Source: Alphaproteobacteria bacterium
GTDB lineage: Bacteria; Pseudomonadota; Alphaproteobacteria; UBA7879; VGCX01
Direction: 5' to 3'
DNA length: 57,293 nt
Assembly (NCBI GenBank): GCA_016869935.1
Contig: VGCX01000002.1
Coordinates: 1 to 57,293, forward strand
Program-made: the position numbers and the translations under genes
The notes under the pieces: model-generated
The model's input: only the letters and a program-made list of their open reading frames with translations
Told to the model about the DNA's origin: nothing
The model's database searches: none
Shown: in pieces, positions 8,125-18,585 of the stretch
How the letters are laid out: each line of letters starts with the position of its first letter
How positions within the stretch are numbered: the stretch's first letter is position 1

Positions 8125-9693
8125 TTACTTATGGACATCCTTATAAAATACCTTATTAGATCCGCTGCTAAAGACAATTCCCTGAACATTATCACGAATA
8201 AGTAATATTCTGTCATACTGAAACATATTAATAATAGAAGAATCCAAAAGCTTTCTTTGTAATTTATAGTAAAGATCTTTTCTTTTTTCTGGATTTTCCT
8301 CTTTCTTCGCCATCATTACGATTTTATCAAGCTCGGGGTCTACCCAGCCTGTCCTCCACAAAATAGTTTTTGATTTGGCTGCATCAGAGTTATCAGGATT
8401 TCTACCAAATGTTGCCGCATTGTTATGAGGATCAAAATAATCAGGAATCCAAAAAGAAAGACCCATTTCATAGCGACGTTCTCTGTATTTTGTAAGAAGT
8501 TGTTTTGTATCCCCAAGGCTAATCTTTAATGTGATCCCCCCTTTAGAAAAGCTTGACTGCAGAGCCTGAGCTTGCTCAGAATTTTGGCTTTCTAGTGTAA
8601 ATGTTAGTTTATTTCTAAGACCCACTTTATCCAAAAGGGCTTGGGCTTTTTCTATGTTGTAATCATAGGGGTTCTCATCAAGGGCTCCAAAAAATCCCAT
8701 AGGAATAAAGGTCTGGTGCACAAAGGCTTCTCCCTTTAGCTGGGTATTCACAATCCCATTATAATCAATCAAATGGCGAATAGCTTGACGAACTTCTGGA
8801 ATCTGCAGTTCCGGAACTTTTTGGTTTAACATAAGAAAACGAGTAACTCCCTGGGAAACTCTCTCCATCCTTATATTTTCTCTGACTTTTCCAATTTGTT
8901 CGCTCGTTAAATCAAACCCCTTCAAAATATCAATATCACCTTTCTCCAGCATCAAAATACCAGAAGAATCATCCCCTATATGCTGGAAAACCATTTTATC
9001 AATCTTTGGCGCACCCCAAAAATGATCTTTGTGGCTTTCAACACTAATGCTTTCTTTCGGTTTCCATGATTTTAATTTAAAAGGACCGCTTCCTGCGTGG
9101 TTCGTCTTTAGCCAAAGATGGCCCATATCTCCATCAACTTCATGTTTCATAACCTCTTTTTGGTCGACAATCCCAGCTCCACTGTTAGCCGTTAAACAAT
9201 AAAGCACCAAAGTTGGGGCATAAGAATCATCCATTTCAAAAACAAGAGTTTCATCATCGAGTGCTCTAATTTTTTCTTTCACATTTTCCTCAGTAAACCC
9301 AAACTGAGAAATGATTTCTGAGGGGTTCTTTTTTAGAATCACGGTTCTTTGTAGAGAAAAGGCAACATCGTGCGCCGTTAGTGTATTTCCGGAGGCAAAT
9401 TTTATTCCTGGTCTAATTTTAAAGGTTATCTTCCTTTTGTCATCACTAACAACCCAGCTTTCAGCCGCAAGGCCAATAATTAACTCTGGGTTTTTCGGAT
9501 CGCAAGCAACCAGAGGGGTATAAGCATTATCTAGATAATCTAAAACGTGTATTTCAAAGGCCTCTGCCGGATCTAAGGATATAACTCCATCTAATTTTGT
9601 TCCAATAACGAGGGTATCTTTGTTTTTTTCTCCACAAGAAAGAAGAAAGAGAAGACTTAAGGATAGAAGGATTTTTGGGAAGTTTTTTATCAT
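8125..9693 (-). CDS. ABC transporter substrate-binding lipoprotein, family 5 (peptide/nickel)
   Basis: 522 aa with a signal peptide and LLSC lipobox. Size and position as first gene of the operon fit DppA/OppA-type binding proteins. Confidence 0.85.
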   Translation of the reverse strand: MIKNFPKILLSLSLLFLLSCGEKNKDTLVIGTKLDGVISLDPAEAFEIHVLDYLDNAYTPLVACDPKNPELIIGLAAESWVVSDDKRKITFKIRPGIKFASGNTLTAHDVAFSLQRTVILKKNPSEIISQFGFTEENVKEKIRALDDETLVFEMDDSYAPTLVLYCLTANSGAGIVDQKEVMKHEVDGDMGHLWLKTNHAGSGPFKLKSWKPKESISVESHKDHFWGAPKIDKMVFQHIGDDSSGILMLEKGDIDILKGFDLTSEQIGKVRENIRMERVSQGVTRFLMLNQKVPELQIPEVRQAIRHLIDYNGIVNTQLKGEAFVHQTFIPMGFFGALDENPYDYNIEKAQALLDKVGLRNKLTFTLESQNSEQAQALQSSFSKGGITLKISLGDTKQLLTKYRERRYEMGLSFWIPDYFDPHNNAATFGRNPDNSDAAKSKTILWRTGWVDPELDKIVMMAKKEENPEKRKDLYYKLQRKLLDSSIINMFQYDRILLIRDNVQGIVFSSGSNKVFYKDVHK

Positions 9694-10039
9694 GTTAATT
9701 CTCCTTTAATAAGAATTTTAGAGATCATGAGAGGATTTTTGTCTAAAGTCAAGATACTAACTCTTGGTCTTTATCTTTATAATAACCTGTGGATAAAAAG
9801 AAAAAAAAGAAAATTGGGCCAAGATGTGCACAAAGGTTAAGAGACTTTCCCCAAAACAATCCCCAGAAAAAATTTTAAATACCTTCATTTTGTGTAAAAA
9901 ACAAAAAATAGTATCCAGCTCAAACAAAAACCAGGGCACACAAGAAAGGAACATCTTGTGGATATCTTGAAGATATCCTGTAGACAAAAAACAATCCACA
10001 TTATACACAGGTATATATTTAAACAACAAAGATATATAT
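9694..10039. other. Candidate chromosomal replication origin (hemE-adjacent DnaA-box cluster)
   Basis: Perfect DnaA box TGTGGATAA (9788-9796). Near-boxes TGTGGATAT (9957-9965), CAATCCACA (9992-10000) and TTATACACA (10001-10009). Multiple A-tracts, and a gene-orientation switch at this gap. Confidence 0.5.
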
Positions 10040-11068
10040 ATGAATAATAATTTACTAAAAACCCTCAAAGGGGAAGTTTTTCACCCAAGACCCATTTGGT
10101 TCATGCGACAAGCAGGTCGATACTTACCAGAATACAGGGAGCTAAGAGAAAAAGCTGGATCTTTCTTGAAACTTTGTTTTTCTCCCGATGCGGCAAAAGA
10201 AGTAACCCTACAACCATTAAAGCGATTTCCAGAAATAGATGCAGCAATACTTTTTTCGGATATTCTTGTTGTTCCCCTGGCCCTGGGGTATGACCTTGAC
10301 TTTAAACAGGGAGAGGGGCCTGTTTTAGAAAAAGCTAACCTGGAGCAGCTCAGGGAGTTACATCCTGGTTCTTTTCTTAAAACGCTTTCTCCTATATTTG
10401 AAACCATTGCACTTACAAAAAAAGAACTTCCCCATGGAAAGGCTCTTTTGGGCTTTGCTGGAGCCCCTTGGACTGTTGCAACCTATATGATAGAGGGTGG
10501 GGGGTCAAAAGATCACTCCTGCGCAAAAAAAACAGCGTTTTCTTTTCCAAAAAAGGTCGACACCCTAATCTCTGTTTTGATTGATGCAACATTTCTTTAT
10601 TTGCGGGAACAGATAATCGCTGGGGTTGATGCGATTCAACTTTTTGATAGTTGGGCGGGCATTCTTCCGGAACCCTATTACGATCGGTGGGTGGTTTATC
10701 CTATAAGGGAGCTTGTGTCTAGAATAAAAAGAGAGTTCCCCGAGATTCCGATCATCGTTTTTCCAAAAGGGAACCCTTCCTTTTATTGGAAGTTTTTTTC
10801 TCTGGAGGGTTGTGCTTTGAGCTTGGATAGCGTAGTGGATTTTTCTCATATCAAAAAGGTTTCCCCAAAAAATATGGCTCTTCAGGGGGGGCTTGATCCC
10901 TCTCTTCTGGTTGCTGGAGGAGAAGAAATGTTTTTTGAAGCTGAAAGAATTTTGAGATCTTTTCAGGATCGACCCTATATTTTTAATTTAGGACATGGAA
11001 TGACACCAGGCGTTCCCGTCTCTCATGTAAAAGATCTTATTCAATTTGTAAAAAGCTGGCGTCCATGA
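10040..11068 (+). CDS. hemE: Uroporphyrinogen decarboxylase
   Basis: 342 aa. N-terminal RPIWFMRQAGRYLPEY is the HemE signature. Confidence 0.92.
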   Translation: MNNNLLKTLKGEVFHPRPIWFMRQAGRYLPEYRELREKAGSFLKLCFSPDAAKEVTLQPLKRFPEIDAAILFSDILVVPLALGYDLDFKQGEGPVLEKANLEQLRELHPGSFLKTLSPIFETIALTKKELPHGKALLGFAGAPWTVATYMIEGGGSKDHSCAKKTAFSFPKKVDTLISVLIDATFLYLREQIIAGVDAIQLFDSWAGILPEPYYDRWVVYPIRELVSRIKREFPEIPIIVFPKGNPSFYWKFFSLEGCALSLDSVVDFSHIKKVSPKNMALQGGLDPSLLVAGGEEMFFEAERILRSFQDRPYIFNLGHGMTPGVPVSHVKDLIQFVKSWRP

Positions 11069-12093
11069 AAAAAATTGCTGTTGTTTTAATGAACCTTGGA
11101 GGGCCGTCTGATCTTAAATCGGTGAAATTTTTTTTATTTAATCTTTTTTACGATAGGGCTATTTTGCAAATCCCAAATCCATTTCGCTGGATTCTTGCAA
11201 AGATTATTTCCAGAAACAGAGAGGGCGATGCAATCAATATTTATAAAAAGCTTGGTGGAAAAAGCCCTCTTTTGGATGAAACAAAAGCTCAAGCAAAAGA
11301 ACTAGAAATATCCTTGAATAAGGAAAAAAATCAACACTTTAAAACCTTTGTTTCTATGCGTTATTGGCACCCCTTTTCTTTAGAAACAATAAAAAATGTT
11401 ATTTCCTTTGGTCCAGATCAGATCATTCTTCTGCCCCTCTATCCTCAGTTTTCAACAACAACAAGTCAATCTTCCCTAAAGGATTTTACTGAAAAAATAA
11501 AAAAGTTTTCTCCTTATTTGGAAACAAAAACAATCCCTTGTTTTTTCTTTCTTGAGGGTTTTTTGTCTTTTATAGAAAAAGAAGTTCGTTCTGAATATGA
11601 AAAGGCCAAATCTTATGGTGTTCCAAGAATTCTTTGGACAGCCCATGGTCTTCCAAAGCGGATTGTTGAAAAAGGAGATCCCTATCAAAAGCAAGTAGAG
11701 GAAACTGTAGGAATTTTAGAGAGTCGTTTGAGCGATTTAAAAATAGAGAGTATTATTTGCTATCAAAGCAAAGTGGGGCCTTTGGAGTGGATAAAACCTT
11801 ATACAGAAGATGAAATTGTTCGAGCGGGAAAAGAAGGTTGTCCCCTTATTGTTGTTCCGATTAGCTTTATTTCCGAGCATTCTGAAACTTTAGTAGAACT
11901 TGATATGGACTACAAAAGCCTTGCTTTGAAAGAAGGAGTCCCTTTTTATGGAAGGGTTTCGACAGCAAGAACGAACAAGATGTTCGTTGATGGACTTTCT
12001 TCTGCTATCAAAGAAGGTCTAAATAATCATTCAAGGTGCCCAAAAGAAAATGAAAGCTTTTGTTGCCTTAATCATTTGAAATTTTGTAAATAA
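11065..12093 (+). CDS. hemH: Ferrochelatase
   Basis: 342 aa with MNLGGP near the N-terminus and SFISEHSETLVELD. 4-nt overlap with hemE. Cys-rich C-terminal tail. Confidence 0.9.
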   Translation: MKKIAVVLMNLGGPSDLKSVKFFLFNLFYDRAILQIPNPFRWILAKIISRNREGDAINIYKKLGGKSPLLDETKAQAKELEISLNKEKNQHFKTFVSMRYWHPFSLETIKNVISFGPDQIILLPLYPQFSTTTSQSSLKDFTEKIKKFSPYLETKTIPCFFFLEGFLSFIEKEVRSEYEKAKSYGVPRILWTAHGLPKRIVEKGDPYQKQVEETVGILESRLSDLKIESIICYQSKVGPLEWIKPYTEDEIVRAGKEGCPLIVVPISFISEHSETLVELDMDYKSLALKEGVPFYGRVSTARTNKMFVDGLSSAIKEGLNNHSRCPKENESFCCLNHLKFCK

Positions 12094-12691
12094 TTCCTCC
12101 CTTAAAGACAAAACTGTTTGGTCTGGATTTAACGGTGTAGGTAGCTGGAAGATTGGTTGTTTTGATGTTCATTTGATAAGAGATTTCCCCACGGAATCTC
12201 CAGTTATCATCAAGAATAAATTCACTTCCAAGAGTGGGTGCAAGAGAGTAGTTATAAAAATTATTTGTTGTGGATGTTTTAAAGGTCATTTGACGATATT
12301 CAAAACCAAATCCAAAATAAGGCATAACACCTACATCATTCATCGGTGCGCCAATACGAGCCGCCAGACCAAATTGCCAACTGTTACCAAGACTTGCTCC
12401 TGCTTTTGTTGATTTTCCTGTGTTAAAGCCTGTATTGAATTCGTAGCCAAGATAAAGGTTTTTCCAAGCTTTTCCAACACCAAAAATAGCATCAAAAACA
12501 CCGCCTGCGCCTGTAAATTTATACTGCTGCTGGACAGTTCCTGTTGTTGTGGTTTGATTAATGGTTGAACTGAAGTTTCTGTATCCAATATCACCCCCGG
12601 CATACATTCCGGTGAATGAAGGAGATCTTCCTTCTGAACAAAAAGGAGCGATTAGAAAACTGGAAACAATAAAAGCTTTTTTAAGAGCCAT
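12068..12691 (-). CDS. Outer-membrane beta-barrel protein (Omp25/OmpA-like porin family)
   Basis: 207 aa with a signal peptide, alternating aromatic/Gly-rich strands (YxGxxxGY, FGFGFEY). Its 3' end overlaps hemH by 26 nt in convergent orientation. Confidence 0.6.
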   Translation of the reverse strand: MALKKAFIVSSFLIAPFCSEGRSPSFTGMYAGGDIGYRNFSSTINQTTTTGTVQQQYKFTGAGGVFDAIFGVGKAWKNLYLGYEFNTGFNTGKSTKAGASLGNSWQFGLAARIGAPMNDVGVMPYFGFGFEYRQMTFKTSTTNNFYNYSLAPTLGSEFILDDNWRFRGEISYQMNIKTTNLPATYTVKSRPNSFVFKGGIIYKISND

Positions 12692-12874
12692 GATGAAAAT
12701 CCCCTTTAGTTATTATTATAATTGAGTCATAGTACCATATTGAAAAAAGAATTCAAGAAAATAAGTCATTGTAATGATTGATTAAAATCCAAAGTTAAAT
12801 TTTAGGACTCAAACAATCAATAGATGTGCAAATAAGAAAGAGTTAAATATTTACTATGATAGTATAGGAATTGA

Positions 12875-15685
12875 ATGAGCGTTTTAGAAAAAGAATTTTT
12901 GTTTGGAGAAAGTTTTGACTTTATCTCCTCTCTTTATAAAAAATACTTAGAAAACCAAGAGACAGTTCCCGAATCTTGGAGACAATTTTTTCAAGAAATG
13001 GGCGATTCTTTGGATGTTTTTTCGATCGAAAAAAAAGGTCCCTCTTGGCAACAGAAAAAAGAAACCTTTCCTAGCAAAGAAAAAAATGCAGTAGAACCAA
13101 CCACTTTAAATGATAAATCCTTAAAAGATTCTCTGTCGGCTTTGATGCTTGTTCAAGCTTATCGTGCCCTGGGACATCTAGAATCCAAACTAGATCCTTT
13201 GGGATTGATGATACGAGAAAAAATACCTGAGTTGGATCCGAAGTATTTTGGCTTTAAAGAAGAAGATTGGGATAGGCAAATCTTTTTAGGCGGTCTTTTA
13301 GGGTTTGAAAAAGCAACGCTTAGGGATATTTATCTAAAACTACGGGATACCTATTGTAGTTCTTTTGGTGTTGAATTTTCGCATATAATTGATTCAGGTC
13401 AGAAAGAATGGATCCAAGAACATCTAGAAAATGACACTTTTTTGAAAACTCTTACTTCTGATGAAAAAATAAATCTTCTAAAGACTCTTTTAGAGACAGA
13501 GTCTTTTGAAAATTTTCTAGATACAAAATATAAAGGCGCAAAACGATTTGGATTAGAAGGTTGCGATGCATTAATTCCCTGCCTGAAAGAAATTATCGAA
13601 ATTTCTGCTAAAGGAAATGTGGAAAATATTATTTTTGGAATGGCACATCGGGGTCGTCTTAATGTTTTAGCCAATATTTTGCAAAAACCCCTAGAACACA
13701 TTTTTAAAGAATTTTCTAAAAAGCATTTTCTAGATTCAAGCATTCCAGGATCAGGGGATGTGAAGTATCATTTGGGATATTCAAGCGATTATAGAATTCA
13801 AGAGCAAGAAGTACATCTTTCTTTAACACCCAATCCATCCCATTTAGAATCCGTAGATTCCGTTGTTTTGGGTCGTGTTCGTGCAGAACAAGATTTTAAG
13901 AAAGACGATGATCGTAAAAAAGTTCTTGGGATATTAATTCACGGCGATGCTGCTTTTCCTGGACAGGGTGTTGTTGCAGAATGTTTTGGTCTTTCAAATT
14001 TAGAGGGCTATAAAACGGGCGGAACAATCCATCTTGTTATTAATAATCAGGTGGGTTTTACAACCTCCCCACATCTATCCCGATCATCACCTTATTGTTC
14101 TGATTTAGCAAAATCTATTGGTGCTCCTGTTTTTCATGTGAACGCGGATGATCCTGAAATGGTGATTTTTATTACACGCCTTGCTGTAGAATTTAGGAAA
14201 AAATTTCAAAAAGATGTTGTTATTGATATTATAGGATATCGTCGTTTTGGTCATAATGAAACAGACGATCCCTCTTTTACGCAGCCTACAATGTATGAGG
14301 TTATTGCGGGGCATCTTTCTGTAAAAACTCTCTATGAGCAAAAGCTTTTAACGCAAGGATTTATAACAAAAGAATCTTTAGATCAATGGACAAATGAAAG
14401 AAAATATCATCTGGAAGATTCCTATAAAAAGTCTGAAATTTCAAATAATTATGTTATAAATTGGATGCAAAAAAAATGGGAAAACTATAAAATTGGATCT
14501 CTTCAGTCTGTAGAAAGTGATCAAACAGTTGATCAGCTTAAATCTTTATTGAAACACCTAATCTTTGTCCCAAAAGATTTTGCCATCCACAAAAGAATGG
14601 ATCGTATTTTAGGCTCTAAAAAAGAGATGGTTGATGGAAAAGAAAAACTAGATTGGGGAACAGCTGAATCTTTAGCTTTCGCTACTATTTTGAAAGAGGG
14701 GCATCCAATTAGGCTGAGTGGACAGGATTCCGGACGAGGGACATTTTCCCAACGCCACAATATTTGGACTGATCAAAAAGTAGAAAAGTCTTATATCCCT
14801 CTCAATTACTTAGAGACTTCTAAGGCGAAAGTTGAAATTTTAAACAGCCCTCTTTCAGAATTTGCTGTTCTTGGATATGAATATGGTTATTCTTTTTCAT
14901 CCCCAAAAACGCTGATTTTATGGGAAGCTCAATTTGGTGATTTTGCCAATGGGGCTCAGGTAATAATTGATCAATTTATTTCCTCGGCTGAGTCAAAATG
15001 GCACCGGTTGTCTGGGCTTGTGATGCTTTTACCTCATGGATATGAAGGACAAGGACCCGAACATTCTTCTGCCAGGTTAGAACGCTATTTACAGCTTTGT
15101 GCTGAGGAAAATATGCATGTAGCTTATTGTTCAACGCCCGCAAATTATTATCATATTTTGCGGCGTCAAATCTTGGGACCTTATCGAAAGCCTCTTATTC
15201 TGATGACGCCCAAATCTTTGTTGAGGCACCCTTTGGCAACTTCTTTTTTTGAAGATCTTTCTTTGGGGACAAAATTTTCTCCTGTTTTAACCGAAGAAGA
15301 AATCACTAAAAATCCTCTACGAATTGTGATTTGTAGCGGAAAGGTTTACTATGATCTTTTGCAGGCTAAAAAAGATTATAATATTCAAAATATTGCCTTA
15401 ATTCGATTGGAAGAGTTTTATCCTTTTCCGGAGGAAGAATTAATTAAAACTTTAAAACAATACGCACAATCAGAAGTTATTTGGTGTCAAGAAGAGCCAG
15501 AAAATATGGGGGCTTGGTTTTTTGTTGATCGACGATTAGAATCTGCAATGAAAAAGGCAAAAATGAAATGTGACAGGCCTATTTATGTTGGACGTAAGGC
15601 ATCTGCTTCTCCCTCAACAGGGTTTATGTCTGTGCATGAAAAAGAGCAAAATGAATTTATAAAAAAAGCGCTATTAATAGGATAG
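12875..15685 (+). CDS. sucA: 2-oxoglutarate dehydrogenase E1 component
   Basis: 936 aa. Typical SucA N-terminus (YLENQETVPESWRQFF) and the RFGHNETDDPSFTQP motif. Followed by sucB and lpdA. Confidence 0.93.
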   Translation: MSVLEKEFLFGESFDFISSLYKKYLENQETVPESWRQFFQEMGDSLDVFSIEKKGPSWQQKKETFPSKEKNAVEPTTLNDKSLKDSLSALMLVQAYRALGHLESKLDPLGLMIREKIPELDPKYFGFKEEDWDRQIFLGGLLGFEKATLRDIYLKLRDTYCSSFGVEFSHIIDSGQKEWIQEHLENDTFLKTLTSDEKINLLKTLLETESFENFLDTKYKGAKRFGLEGCDALIPCLKEIIEISAKGNVENIIFGMAHRGRLNVLANILQKPLEHIFKEFSKKHFLDSSIPGSGDVKYHLGYSSDYRIQEQEVHLSLTPNPSHLESVDSVVLGRVRAEQDFKKDDDRKKVLGILIHGDAAFPGQGVVAECFGLSNLEGYKTGGTIHLVINNQVGFTTSPHLSRSSPYCSDLAKSIGAPVFHVNADDPEMVIFITRLAVEFRKKFQKDVVIDIIGYRRFGHNETDDPSFTQPTMYEVIAGHLSVKTLYEQKLLTQGFITKESLDQWTNERKYHLEDSYKKSEISNNYVINWMQKKWENYKIGSLQSVESDQTVDQLKSLLKHLIFVPKDFAIHKRMDRILGSKKEMVDGKEKLDWGTAESLAFATILKEGHPIRLSGQDSGRGTFSQRHNIWTDQKVEKSYIPLNYLETSKAKVEILNSPLSEFAVLGYEYGYSFSSPKTLILWEAQFGDFANGAQVIIDQFISSAESKWHRLSGLVMLLPHGYEGQGPEHSSARLERYLQLCAEENMHVAYCSTPANYYHILRRQILGPYRKPLILMTPKSLLRHPLATSFFEDLSLGTKFSPVLTEEEITKNPLRIVICSGKVYYDLLQAKKDYNIQNIALIRLEEFYPFPEEELIKTLKQYAQSEVIWCQEEPENMGAWFFVDRRLESAMKKAKMKCDRPIYVGRKASASPSTGFMSVHEKEQNEFIKKALLIG

Positions 15686-15688
15686 AAA

Positions 15689-16828
15689 ATGACAGAAATT
15701 AAAGTACCAATTTTAGGGGAATCAATTAGTGATGGGACTATTTCTAAGTGGGTTAAGAAAATTGGAGATTTTGTTAAAGCTGATGAAATGATTGCAGAAA
15801 TCGAAACCGATAAAATTACGATGGAAATTAATGCACCTTCTTCTGGTGTTTTAAAAGAAATACGTGTTTTACAGGGCGATAATGCAGAAGTGGGGAGCGT
15901 GATTGCTGTCCTTGATGATTCGGCAAAAGAACCTGTTTCTTTAAGGGAATCACCATCTGTGCCTCCAAAAGCTGTAGAACAATCAAAAGAAAAAATTCTT
16001 TCACCTGCTGCTCAAAAAATATCTCAGGAAAAAAATATAAATCTTCAGGAAATTTTTGGTACAGGAAAAGACGGTCGTATTACAAAAGAAGATGTTTTGA
16101 ATACCCCTTTTCCTACAGTCAATACCTCTGGTAAAGAAGAGCGTGTTCGTATGACACGTCTTCGTCAAAGAATAGCAGAGCGTTTGAAATCTTCTCAAAA
16201 TACAGCCGCTCTTTTGACAACCTTTAATGAGGTTGATATGTCCAACGTCATGGCAATGAGGGATCGGTACAAAGATCGTTTTTTTGAAAAACATGGCGTA
16301 AAACTAGGGTTCATGTCTTTTTTTGTTCGCTCTGTTGTGGAAACATTAAAAGAAATCCCAGACTTAAATGCAGAAATTGATGGCCAAGATATTCTTTATA
16401 AAAACTATTATAATATTGGTGTTGCTGTTGGAACAGAACAAGGACTTGTTGTTCCAGTTCTAAAAAATGCCGAATACTTGGATTTATCACAAATAGAATC
16501 TTCAATTGCTGGGTATGCTTCTAAGGCACGAAACAATACTCTTTCTTTAGATGACCTATCAGGGGGGACATTTACCATTTCTAATGGGGGTGTTTATGGA
16601 TCTTTATTGTCAACACCGATTGTTAATCCGCCGCAATCAGGGATTCTAGGATTGCATAAAATTCAACAAAGACCTGTTGTTGTTGATAATCAAATCGTTA
16701 TTCGTCCGATGATGTACCTTGCTTTAACCTATGATCACCGTATTGTGGATGGAAAAGGGGCTGTGACTTTCTTAGCCAAAGTAAAAGAACGCATCGAAAC
16801 GCCTGAAACGCTACTATTAAATATTTAG
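15689..16828 (+). CDS. sucB: Dihydrolipoyllysine-residue succinyltransferase (E2o)
   Basis: Single lipoyl domain ([11 protein letters not shown]) and catalytic DHRIVDG. Confidence 0.93.
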   Translation: MTEIKVPILGESISDGTISKWVKKIGDFVKADEMIAEIETDKITMEINAPSSGVLKEIRVLQGDNAEVGSVIAVLDDSAKEPVSLRESPSVPPKAVEQSKEKILSPAAQKISQEKNINLQEIFGTGKDGRITKEDVLNTPFPTVNTSGKEERVRMTRLRQRIAERLKSSQNTAALLTTFNEVDMSNVMAMRDRYKDRFFEKHGVKLGFMSFFVRSVVETLKEIPDLNAEIDGQDILYKNYYNIGVAVGTEQGLVVPVLKNAEYLDLSQIESSIAGYASKARNNTLSLDDLSGGTFTISNGGVYGSLLSTPIVNPPQSGILGLHKIQQRPVVVDNQIVIRPMMYLALTYDHRIVDGKGAVTFLAKVKERIETPETLLLNI

Positions 16829-16838
16829 GGAACTTTCT

Positions 16839-18242
16839 ATGACAGAAATTTTTGATGTTATTGTAATTGGTGGCGGCCCTGGAGGCTATGTTTGTGCTAT
16901 CAAGGCTGCACAACTTGGGTTGAAGGTTGCGTGCATTGAGCAAAGAAAAACCCTTGGAGGTACCTGTTTAAATGTAGGGTGTATTCCCTCAAAATCCCTT
17001 CTTCATGCGTCAAAAAAATACAAAGAAGCACAGGATCATTTACCAGAATGGGGAATTGAAGCAAAAGATTTAAAAGTTAATTTAAAAAAAATGATGGAAA
17101 GAAAAAGTCAGGTGATAGAAGAGCTGACTCAGGGGATTTCTTTTCTGTTTAAGAAAAATAAAGTTCACCATTTTTATGGTAGTGGAAAAATAATCTCTCC
17201 CACAAAAGTTTCTGTTGTTTCTAGTGATACAACTTTGGTGCTTGAAGGTAAAAATATCGTTATTGCAACGGGTTCTTCCAATCGAAATCTTCCAGGGATT
17301 GATATTGATGAAGATCGGATTGTTTCTTCAACCGGCGCTTTGTCTTTTTCTAAAGCGCCAAAACGACTTGTCGTCATTGGCGGTGGGTATATTGGTCTTG
17401 AGCTTGGTTCTTTATGGCAAAGATTAGGGAGTCAAGTGACTGTTATTGAGTACGCCCATACAATTGTTCCTTCTATGGATTTTGAAGTTGGACAAGAACT
17501 TCTAAAAAATCTGAAAAAACAGGGACTTGAATTTATATTTGGAACAAAGGTTTTAGAGGTTACAAAAGGCAGCACACGACTATCTCTAGGCATAGAAGAT
17601 GTAGCGAGTGGGAAAAAAGATGTTTTAAGTGCAGATGCCGTTTTAGTATCAACAGGAAGGATTCCAAATACAGAAAATCTTGGCCTTGAAATGGTTGGTA
17701 TTAAGACAAGTCAAAGAGGTGAAATTATCGTTGATGATCATTTTAAAACATCGCTTTCAGGTGTTTATGCTATAGGGGATGTTATTCGTGGTCCGATGCT
17801 TGCACATAAAGCAGAAGAAGAAGGGGTAGCGCTTGCAGAAATTTTAGCAGGACAAAAAGGGCATGTGAATTATGAAACAATTCCCTCAGTAATTTATACC
17901 TCTCCAGAAGTTGCCTCTGTCGGCCAAACAGAAGAACAACTAAAAGAGAAAAATATTCCTTATAAGTCTGGAAAGTTTATGTTTGGGGCTAACTCTCGTG
18001 CAAAAGCGACAGGTCAAACGGTAGGATTCGTTAAAGTATTAGCCCACAAAGAAACAGATAGAATTTTAGGGGCACATATTATTGGGGAAGACGCAGGAAC
18101 ATTGATTTCAGAAATTGTTTTGGGAATGGAATATAAAGCGGCAAGCGAAGATATTGCAAGAACATGTCATCCCCACCCAACTACAAGTGAAGCGATCAAA
18201 GAAGCCGCTCTTTCAACTTTTAGCAAGGCGATACATAGTTAG
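16839..18242 (+). CDS. lpdA: Dihydrolipoyl dehydrogenase (E3)
   Basis: GGGPGGY FAD motif and redox-active CLNVGCIPSK disulfide. 467 aa. Confidence 0.93.
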   Translation: MTEIFDVIVIGGGPGGYVCAIKAAQLGLKVACIEQRKTLGGTCLNVGCIPSKSLLHASKKYKEAQDHLPEWGIEAKDLKVNLKKMMERKSQVIEELTQGISFLFKKNKVHHFYGSGKIISPTKVSVVSSDTTLVLEGKNIVIATGSSNRNLPGIDIDEDRIVSSTGALSFSKAPKRLVVIGGGYIGLELGSLWQRLGSQVTVIEYAHTIVPSMDFEVGQELLKNLKKQGLEFIFGTKVLEVTKGSTRLSLGIEDVASGKKDVLSADAVLVSTGRIPNTENLGLEMVGIKTSQRGEIIVDDHFKTSLSGVYAIGDVIRGPMLAHKAEEEGVALAEILAGQKGHVNYETIPSVIYTSPEVASVGQTEEQLKEKNIPYKSGKFMFGANSRAKATGQTVGFVKVLAHKETDRILGAHIIGEDAGTLISEIVLGMEYKAASEDIARTCHPHPTTSEAIKEAALSTFSKAIHS

Positions 18243-18243
18243 C

Positions 18244-18585
18244 ATGACATATTTTTTACTGATCTTATGTGTTTTAGGCCTATCAACGGGTCAGGTTCTT
18301 TTTAAGCATAGTGCTAATATTTTAAAAACCTTAGATACACCTTGGAAATTGGCTTTTGAAGTTCCGTTTATTGGAGCTCTTTTTATTTATGGACTGACAA
18401 CGCTTGGTTGGGTTTGGGCTCTTCAAGACATTCCCTTAAGTCGTGCCTATATGATTATGGCATTGGCTTTTGTTATCGTACCCCTTTTAAGCTTTTATTT
18501 TTTTAGTGAGCCCTTAACGTTCAAATTTGGTTTGGGAGTAGTTTTTATCGTTTTAGGGGTTCTTTTAACAATTGATTCTAAGTGA
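18244..18585 (+). CDS. Small four-TM membrane protein, EamA/SMR-like (DMT superfamily)
   Basis: ORF track starts at 18115 inside lpdA. ATG at 18244, 2 nt after the lpdA stop, gives a 113-aa hydrophobic protein, MTYFLLILCVLGLSTGQVLFKHSAN... Confidence 0.5.
   Translation: MTYFLLILCVLGLSTGQVLFKHSANILKTLDTPWKLAFEVPFIGALFIYGLTTLGWVWALQDIPLSRAYMIMALAFVIVPLLSFYFFSEPLTFKFGLGVVFIVLGVLLTIDSK

Noticed and set aside
9695-9709. TTAA-N7-TTAA (CtrA-box-like) motif at the left edge of the candidate origin
   Set aside because: The motif is expected by chance in AT-rich DNA, and here it overlaps the SD (AGGAG) of the substrate-binding protein gene. It cannot be distinguished from coincidence, and ctrA presence is unknown.
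9757-10068. 103-aa minus-strand ORF filling the hemE-upstream gap
   Set aside because: It has a low-complexity Phe/Leu/Lys-rich translation of AT-rich DNA and no SD. It overlaps the hemE start and the DnaA-box cluster. It is better explained as non-coding origin or promoter DNA.
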